Shown here in pieces: positions 55,282 to 64,000 of a stretch of DNA of 64,000 nucleotides. The position numbers were made by a program, and so were the translations under genes. The stretch's first letter is position 1; each line of letters begins with the position of its first letter. The stretch is from Vitrella brassicaformis CCMP3155 (lineage: Eukaryota; Protista; Chromerida), in NCBI GenBank assembly GCA_001179505.1, contig CDMY01000973.1, positions 124,001 through 188,000 on the forward strand, read 5' to 3'. The notes beneath the pieces were generated by a model that was given only the letters and a program-made list of their open reading frames with translations, was not told the DNA's origin and ran no database searches.

Positions 55282-57483
55282 ATGGATTTGGTGGATACCA
55301 CGACGCAGCACCCGGCTGAGCAGCGGCCTCTCTCCGAGTCGCCCCAGGGCGCATCGGCCAACGCGTCGGCGTTGCTGGATTCCATCCGCACGAAGGACGG
55401 CTATGACCAGGCGGTGGCCGAACGAGGTCTTCAAGCCGTGGAGGCCGAGATCTCTGCCGTCATGACCCAGATCTCCACCAGCATCGCCACAGCTTCCGAC
55501 AGCACTTCGCAGCTGCTGCAGCCACTCGTCCAGCTGGTTTCCCTCAGGCATGTGCCGTGCATCTCCCAGAAGGCCATCGATGCAGACATCCTGCCGCTGC
55601 TGGTGGAGCAGCTGGGCGACGACCACCCTCCCGACCACCAGCAACAGGCGGCATCCGCACTGGACGACATCGCATCCCCGCCTACACTTGGCGTCGGGCC
55701 AGAGGTGCAGGCCGTCATCAACGCGGGTGTCGTTCCGCCCCTCGTGCAGCTGGTGTCGTCACCCGATGACGGCGTGTGTGTGGCGGCCATGAAGGCACTG
55801 GCCAATCTCGCCAACCCGATGCTCCTGGGCGAGCAGCGCGGCCACATGCTGCAGCTGGGCGTCCTCGCACGACTGCAGACGACGATGCGCGAGAGGACAG
55901 CCTTCGAGGTGCTCCGCTGCGGTGTAGACCTGCTGCGCGGACTGTTCCTCCTGAACTACGACCCACCCGCATTCCACGAGATCGGGCCCTTCGTGCCCGT
56001 CCTGGCCAACATCATCCGCACCCACACGCCCAACCAAGATGACCATCTCCTGCATGGAGCCATGTGGGCGCTGGCGGCCATCAGTGACGGCAGGGACGAG
56101 GATGAGCATCGCGAAGCCGTGGTGGCGACCGGGGTGTGTGAGCAGCTGGTGGGGCTGCTGGCGGAGAAGTGGGGTCTCATTCCAGAGAACGCGTTAACTG
56201 TGTTAGCCAACATTGCACAAGGTCAGTTGCCCTGACGCAGAGAGGGAGGGGAAGGAGGCCCATCGCTTGGTTGTGTGTCCATGGTGGTGTCCATGCAGGT
56301 ACCGATGCCCATCGAGATATGCTGGTTGGGTATGGTGTCAACCAGCGGCTCAGCCAGCTGCTGCAGCCACCGGCGACCAACGAGATCATGCAAGAGCAGA
56401 GGCATCCGCGCGCTGCGTCTGGCGCAAGCGCACGACGCTGCCTGTCGTGTCCTCCTGATCATCGTCTGTTTGGGTGAGAACGAATGCATACCAGCAATTG
56501 TCCCTGACAGATGGCATTCGTGTGTGTGTGTGTGTGTTTCTGCGAGTGAAGGGACGAGTGGTTACGTCCAGACGGTCATCGATAATGGAGTCATGCCGCA
56601 CCTGCTCGACATCATTACGGCGGACAACATGTACGCCGAGAGCGGCCTGACCATGAACATCGAGTACATCGTCTGTGGAGGGCTGCCACGCATCAAGCAG
56701 GCTGCAACACAGGCCATAGCCAACCTGGCAAACAAGGCATCGCAGCAACAGGTAGGTAGCTGCGGGATGCGAGAACGGATCGTATTTCTTCTTCTGCCAT
56801 GACTCATCCATGTGTCCAGGGCCAGTGTTTGGTCGAGTATGGGTGTGTGCAGCGCCTCTGCGGCCTCCTGGACACCACGGATGACCCAAACGTCCTCGTG
56901 GTGCTCAGCAACATACTCGCGTAAGCAGACCACTCACAGGAGCACGGCAGGATATGTGTGCATGTGGATGTGTCTTCAGCCATGGCAGGGACAAGCAGGT
57001 AGCCGAGGGCCTTCCCCACAACCCCTTCAGCCAGCTCATTCGAGAAGTGAGTGACATAGCGACAGACAGACGCACAGTGTGATGGTGGGCTCTCCCCCTG
57101 AGGTCATGTTTGTTTGCACACGCAGGCTGACGTTAGCAGGTTGGTGGCGCTGCAGACACACGACAAGGAGGACGTCGCATTTGAGGTAGGGATGCAGAAG
57201 CAAGAAGAGACATCGACCACAAAGTGCCTGCCTGTTGTTGTGTTATGCGTTGATTGACGCAAATCAGGCAATGAGGATTCTTTACTACAACTTTCCCGAC
57301 CGTGGTGACACGGATCGCTACGAGGCCGCTCGGGCCGCCCGCCAGCAAGGCCAGCAAGGCGAGAATGACGACAGTGATGGGGTGGCCGATCTCGACACCG
57401 ACGTGGACGACGACGATAGCGAGGAAGAGGGGGAGGGAGGTGTGGAGGGGAATGGAGGGGCAGACGGCCGAGCGGAGGGGTAG
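55282..57483 (+). CDS. Importin-alpha-like armadillo-repeat protein without an IBB domain; possible frameshift
   Basis: ARM repeats AVINAGVVPPLVQLV, AMWALAAISDG, ALTVLANIAQG, TVIDNGVMPHLLDII, LVEYGCVQRLCGLL, NPFSQLIRE, and an acidic tail. There is a frame inconsistency at about 56390-56430. Confidence 0.75.
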
Positions 57484-57499
57484 TCAGTTAGCCGACTTC

Positions 57500-58332
57500 A
57501 TGCCATTGCAGCAGAGCCATAGATGGATGGATGACAGAGGGGAGGGAGAGACGTGTAGCGTAGCTGACGGCCGGACTCATCGTGTGTAGAAATGACTGCT
57601 CGCTGATGTGTCAAATGTTCATGGTCACGAAGCGGGCGTGCACGTGTCTGAGTCGGGCAAGAATAATGACACAGCGAGGAGACAGAACCCGACCTTGACA
57701 AGGATGCAAACGCCTGAGATCATATTTGCGTCAGTCGGCCTCCGTGTGAGGGATTTATCTGGGGTGTGCCTCTCGGGCGTGCACGAGAGCTGCAAAAGCA
57801 TATATGGATCGGCTGAATCAATCCATATATCGGTCCGCCACGCGCAGACAGAGAGACACCACGCACACGCATCCATCCATCGATCCATCCATCAGTCACT
57901 CTCTCTCACACTCTATCACGCACGGGCAGGACAACACGGCAGTCAGTCGACGGACGGAGCGATAGTAATCAACACACACACACACAGACACACATGCAGA
58001 TGGACAGACAGACGGAGACAGACAGCATAGCACACGGGGATCGGCAAGGGAGACGGCCAGACAGACGGGGAGACAACATCACACACGATGGGGGGCAAGA
58101 GGGGGAAGGGCACGGCACAAGGCATGTAGACATGTAGACAGATAGACGATTAGTTAGATAGACAGGCATCGACACATCATCGATCGCATCGCTTTAGACG
58201 CCTGCGTGGGTGCATGGGGGCCCATGCACACACACACACACATATACACATATACACATCTACACGGGTAGGGGTGCATGGCATGGCATATGGGCGGACG
58301 AAAGGATGAAGATTACCCTCGCAGAGAGAGAG

Positions 58333-58363
<31 letters not shown>

Positions 58364-60700
58364 TGGACAGAATGACCGGCGTGCGATGCTGGCATGCAGG
58401 CAGCGAGAGCCTGCCATAGCAAAACGGAGCATACAGGCAGGCAGGCAGGCAGGCAGGGAGGGAGCGAGACGTGGAGAGACCTACCCGCAACTAGAGAGAA
58501 CACAGAGAGACGTACACGCACGCACTAGAGCCGCCGATCCATCCATCCATCCGGGCAGCCTATGGGCCGTCCGTCGTCCGTTTGGGTAGAGAGGGCGATA
58601 GCATACAGACTGATATGATGGAGAGGGGGAGAGGGTGTGAGTAGGTAGGTAATACTAGAGAGATATGGAGAGGGGGACAGGCAGTCATGGGGAGTGTGTG
58701 CATTGCAATGCAGTCCATGCATCCATCAATCCATCCTAGCAGCGAGAGGGGAGACGACAAAACCTAGTCTAGCCTAGCCAGCACACCACCAGCCCACCGA
58801 TAGCCACACCAAACGATCCACCCATCCATCCATCCATCCAAAGATCCATCCAAAGATCCATCCCATCTACTCAGGCCGCCCCGCCTCCGCCCCTCCTACT
58901 CGCCCATCTACAGTACCAGGGACAACTGTCCACCACCCACACACCAAGCACACATGAGACAGAGAGACACAGAGAGAGAAAGAGAACCGCTCACACCTTC
59001 ACTCAAAAAAATGACATCTGCTCATCGACATGACGACGATCACGACACACCGACCGACCGACCGACCCTTTCCCTACTACGCCGACACGGCACACGGCAC
59101 ACGGCACACCAACCAAGCAAACAAGGCCGGAAGGGGTCCCGTGGAAATTCAATGAATGGATGGCATGCCGTGTGTGTGATGGATGGTGGTCAGCATGAAA
59201 AATACATTGAACGATCTTCGAGAAGCGACACGATTATCAACATACATCTGTAGGTAGGAGGCTGTACACAGCGAGACAGACAGACAGACAGACGGGCGAC
59301 GAGAGAGCGATCAGGTAGTGGCGAGACGGATGGACGGACAGGTCGGCAAGTAGGCATACGCGGCGCAAGCTTGCGAAATAGCATGGTGACAGTACCCTTA
59401 AGATGTGTGTCGGATCTGTGTCGGGTGTGTGTGCGTGTGATCAAAAAGTGCCACTCACGCACACATGGGTGCACTCATCATACAGGATGCAATGCCATGT
59501 GTGCCTCTCTCTTACGTGGATGGCGTGAGATGGGTGGCTGGGTGGGTGGAAAGCAGTGGGTGAGTGAGTACGAACATTCTTCTTCTGTCTGAGACCCCCA
59601 GAGCAATCGAATCAGTCTCTCTCTCCCGTGTCGATGGATGCCTGAATGCGTACGCAAGAAGGAGCCGCCAAAAAAAGGAACCACGCAGCTTCACTCACTC
59701 TATCACACGTCGGGCGGGGCGGGGTGGCGTGGGGTGGGGTGGGTGCCATCTATCCATCCGTCACCGTCTGCCATGTCATAGATGCAGACCGATCGATGCA
59801 CGACACGAGCCCGACCACCCATTCNNNNNNNNNNNNNNNNNNNNNNNNNNNNNNNNNNNNNNNNNNNNNNNNNNNNNNNNNNNNNNNNNNNNNNNNNNNN
59901 NNNNNNNNNNNNNNNNNNNNNNNNNNNNNNNNNNNNNNNNNNNNNNNNNNNNNNNNNNNNNNNNNNNNNNNNNNNNNNNNNNNNNNNNNNNNNNNNNNNN
60001 NNNNNNNNNNNNNNNNNNNNNNNNNNNNNNNNNNNNNNNNNNNNNNNNNNNNNNNNNNNNNNNNNNNNNNNNNNNNNNNNNNNNNNNNNNNNNNNNNNNN
60101 NNNNNNNNNNNNNNNNNNNNNNNNCCCCCCCCCCCCCCCCCCCCATCCATCCATCCATCCAGGCAGGCCGGCCGGCCGGCCAGCCGCTCTCCCCCTTTCC
60201 ATCCCTCCCCTCTCCCATGCATACACACCTACATCCATCCATCCATGTACGCAGCCATTGCGAGGTGAAGTAGCGTGCGGGTCATGCGAGTGACATCGCC
60301 ACCTTTTTGCCGCCTGCCGGCCGGCCGGCAGGCGACGCAGCGTGTCTGAGCAGACATACAGGCACACCATCTATCTCACGCGTGCAGGTGCAGGCAGACA
60401 GATGGACGAGTTAGTTGGTGAGGGCAGTGGGCGCATGGCATAGCATATACACACATCAACGAGCATGAGCAACATAGACAGCAACATGTCACGTCACGTC
60501 ATGTACCTACGAGTAAGACACTCAGCCAGTCTGTCTCTGTCTCTGTCCCCGTCTGCGTGGTGCTCCCACCCTCTACCCATCCATCCCTCCCTCCCTCCAT
60601 CCCTCGATCCATCCGCGTACAGACACTATGAAAGAGATGCTATCTGTCGTCTGTCTGTGGCTGAGAGACCTGCGGGAGGGCCACTCGAGTCACTGCGGTC
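57500..60700. repeat. Microsatellite-dense intergenic/UTR region ((CA)n, (ACAG)n, (ATCC)n, (GGCA)n)
   Basis: Many short tandem tracts and no ORF with coding-like composition. Lies between two convergent genes and contains a gap. Confidence 0.7.
59825..60123. other. Assembly gap (299 N)
   Basis: N run flanked by poly-C. Confidence 1.
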
Positions 60701-60702
60701 GG

Positions 60703-63700
60703 TCAAACTGGAAAGGGTGGCGTCGCCCCGATGATGAGGGGGATCTGCAGGCCCTCCGTCACAACCTCAGACTCCCTGCAAGCCAACCAGTCACACGAGT
60801 CACACAGACAGCCATGATTGATCACGTGCATCCACATGTGCGGCTTTATTCGCTCTGTACCAGATGTAGGTGAACTTGCCGACAGTGATGGAGTACAAGA
60901 AGAGCCGATCACCTGATCAAGCAGGACACACAGGAACAAGCGCGGTCGCACAGGGAGGTTCCAATCTGTCTGTCCAAACGAGTGTGTGACGCACCAGCAT
61001 CGTCTATAAAGTCAACCCCGAGACCGAAGTCCTCAGTCTCGACCTCGGCCGACCCCTGTGGGATACCGTCACCTCCCACACCAGCGCCCACTTGCACGTA
61101 CGTCACGCCCAGAACACCGAAACCCACTTGGATGAACACCTCTGTCGAAACCGAGTCGGGGAAATCGCCTGAACGAAGCACAACACACACAATGCAAGAC
61201 AGACAAAGACAGACTCATAGAGAGAGCGCTTTCCTCCCACCGTTGAGCACGAGCTGATAGCCGTCGGCCCAGTTACCTAATCACACACATCACAGGACAC
61301 ACATAGTCGGACAGGCAGACGTGACAAAGGCGGCATCTGTGTGTGTGTGTGTGTGTGTGGTTGTGACCCTGGAAATCGGTTTCTCTCTCGTCGAAGTCTC
61401 TGAGCACTGAGAACTGGTAGCCGAGCACACCAGTACTGACGGCGTATTCTGTGTCGTCGACGTCGGTACCGACGGCCACGGCCACCGACTTGTAGCCGGC
61501 AAACACCTCAGTCGCCAGCTCTTCGTCATCATCCACTGACGGGTCTTGCACATCGTCGAAATCGTGCCTGCAGCAAACATGCATGCCACAATTGATTGTT
61601 CACAATCCGCCACACCGGGGGATGCACGGACGCAGGGGATGCATGTGGTCCTTTTTCTCCCTCTCTCTCTGCCTCTCTCTGTACGTGTGTGTGTGGGGGG
61701 GGGGAGGGGATAAAGAGTGTGGTTCACCCACCTGACGGCGACCTCGGTGTTTCTGACTTTGACTCTTTGACCGTAGTCGCGATCGAGGATATCCACATTG
61801 GTACCTGACTCGACGCCACGGGCAACGACCTCGACGGCCGTCTGCCTGTCGTCCAAATCTTGATCGACCTATCCATCATACACACACAGAGAAGCAGGCA
61901 GCAAATGATTGACTGTGAGTGCGTCTCTCTCTCGTGGCTGGTGCTGTGTGTTTGGTGGGCATACTTACTCGCACACTGTAGGCCCCGTACGAGACACCGA
62001 CACCACCTTCCAGATCGCTCTCATCGGTGGACACCGACACACCGAGCTTGCCCCACCCCGTGTTGACCGATGTCTCTCGGTCAGCAAAACCGATACCAAC
62101 GCCCACGAAGCCAAAGTCGTTGCCGACCTGCACCGCCGTGTCGCCACCCGCCTCAAAATCTCGCCCCCACTAAGTGACGAAAAGAACGACACAAGATGGA
62201 CACAAATGAGATGGGCCGATTGCCTCCTTCCCTCACTCTCTCACCTGTACGGCCCAGTTGTCGTAAACAATCTCATTGGAAAGCTCAGTGATCAGCGTCT
62301 GCTGGTCCAGGTTCCACGGGTTCTGCGCCGTCACACCGAGGGCTGTTGGAAGCGGGCCGACCCTGCCGATGATTTGACCCTCGATCTCACCCACAGCAGC
62401 CGGTTTCCCCACCGCACCTCGCTTGTCAGCAGTAGCGGTAGGCACGGCCACAGCCGCCTTTGGTGGCGGCTTGTAGGGCTGCTGAGACTGCTGCTGCTGC
62501 TGTTGTTTGGCTGCCGATTTGTTGTCCCATGACTGCAGCCGCCGTCTCCTCCTCTGCAGGAACTGCTGGCTCCACGAACACTGCTCGTCCATGGATGTCC
62601 GGTTGGGGAAGGTCGCCATCATGCACTGGATGCTCATGCTGTCATGCTCTTCGAAGGCCATCGGCTTCATCGAAAAGACGATCCGGCCGGGCTCCTGCGT
62701 GTGGACGGTGAAGTTCATGAGCTCCTGGCTGGTGGGGCAGCCGTTGAGCACCAGGTGGTGCACACACGCGGGGTTGCTGCTCTGATAGCCCTCGGGACAT
62801 ACTGATGTCCACAGCAACGAACCAAGCACACCGTATATGGTGTCTGCTGTACCCATCGGATGCACACGTGGCCCAATCCTCACCTGCGTCACACAGCATG
62901 GGCCACGGATGAACGGCGCCGCCAACCACCGTTGACTCGAACACATAAGAACTGCACAGTAATGGAGCAAAGGGAAGACAATGCTCGTCCATCCATCCAT
63001 CCATCCGTCGGCTCACTCACTCGTCCTCATGGGCGATAGCGAGGGTCATGTTCTCGCCAGCCATGAGCTTGCTCGACAGCACGTGCCCCTGCGCCACCGG
63101 CTTGACGTCCTTGCCCAGCGGCTGCTTCCCCTCAAAAGCCCGGATGGCCTGCGCCTTATGCTCCCACTTGGCCGTCGGCGTGCACTTGCCGGTACTCTTC
63201 TTGCAGGCACAAGTCACAATGGCGTTGTTCATGGCGCCGTACACCCGCAACACATTCGAGTGGTAGACGTATTGGTCGGTCTCGGTCTTCGAGGTGGCGC
63301 ACTGCTTGGTTGAGAAATCTGCGGAAGCGATCAGCGCCGAAGCCTTGCCGGAAAAGAAGTCCTCAACAAAGGTCGCCCGGCAGGCCGGGTCGGCGGTGTT
63401 GTTGCGAAAGCCCCCCCGCCTCTCACCCTCCAGCACGGGGTCTCCGTGGACAGGGATGGCCGCAGTCATCTTGATGTCGCTGCACCATGCCACGGGCGGC
63501 AGCGTCTTGGGGACGCCCTTGGCCTTCAGCCACTGCTTAGCCGACCGAGGCTTATGGACACTCTTGCCACTGCCATTGTCGTCCTTTGTTGACGAGGCCG
63601 TCACAGTGCCGTCCCTGTTTTGCCGCCGAGAGCGCCTGTCGTTCCCTGGGAGAGCCTCACAGACGCATAGGAGCAAGAGCACAAGCATCCCCGCAGTGCC

Positions 63701-63736
63701 GGGTGACCGAATGACAGAATGGCGAAAGGGTGCCAT
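60703..63736 (-). CDS. Secreted protein with a ZP-N/ZP-C-like module, furin-like site and acidic beta-rich C-terminal region
   Basis: Signal peptide MLVLLLLCVCEA. Exons 63736-63021, 62951-62884 and 62801 onward splice in phase; further exons end in ..GLQIPLIIGATPPFPV* at 60703. Cys spacing and motifs NGCP, RIVFSMKPMAF, SIQC, RRRRR and VGPL match ZP hallmarks. Confidence 0.75.
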
Positions 63737-64000
63737 TCTGCCCGCCCGCTCCTCTCAATCAGCCAGCCGTCCTTGCGGGTGTGTGGAAGTAGATAGATAG
63801 GTGGGTGAATGAGGAGGGGCCGGGGAGGGAGAAGAACAGATAATCAGACGGACAGGACGTGGGAAGGGAGGGAAGAAGAGGAGAGCCCAGGTGGGGGTGG
63901 CGGTAGCTCTTTGGCCGCTGCCTTCCTTCTCCTCGCAAACTGCGCTGCCCACCTTGGTGGTTTATGCAGCGCCATCAGGCTTCCTTTCCGTACAGTGTAC

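Overview
Gene-dense, intron-rich, GC-rich eukaryotic genomic DNA. Short GT-AG introns are filled with (CA)n/(GT)n/(ACAG)n/(ATCC)n microsatellites, and there are four ~300-N assembly gaps. The likely source is a chromerid alveolate such as Vitrella brassicaformis (inference from an apicomplexan-type ATP4 pump, bipartite plastid leaders, intron style, and F-box/ARM genes resembling expanded Vitrella families). I traced 19 protein-coding genes by hand-splicing: plastid-type SDR, MsrA, a polyQ orphan, a ferric-reductase/NOX-family protein with a temptin-like N-terminus, an F-box protein, aconitase, a secreted fascin-like beta-trefoil, a GTP cyclohydrolase II-DHBP synthase fusion in reversed order, an ERICH2-like protein, GDPD, a cNMP-binding protein, a secreted Cys-rich orphan with an apparent frameshift, a bacterial-like MDR oxidoreductase, a TTLL3/8-like glycylase, an RNF4-like STUbL with a split RING, a UAP56-binding-motif protein, ATP4, an importin-alpha-like ARM protein, and a secreted protein with an apparent zona pellucida (ZP) module. 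The most striking observations are the apparent ZP module in a non-animal, the temptin-ferric reductase fusion, the reversed RibA-RibB fusion, strict strand alternation over 17 genes, and a perfect 21-bp hairpin in a divergent promoter. No rRNA, tRNA, CRISPR or transposon could be supported. All family assignments come from motif recognition by eye, not database searches.
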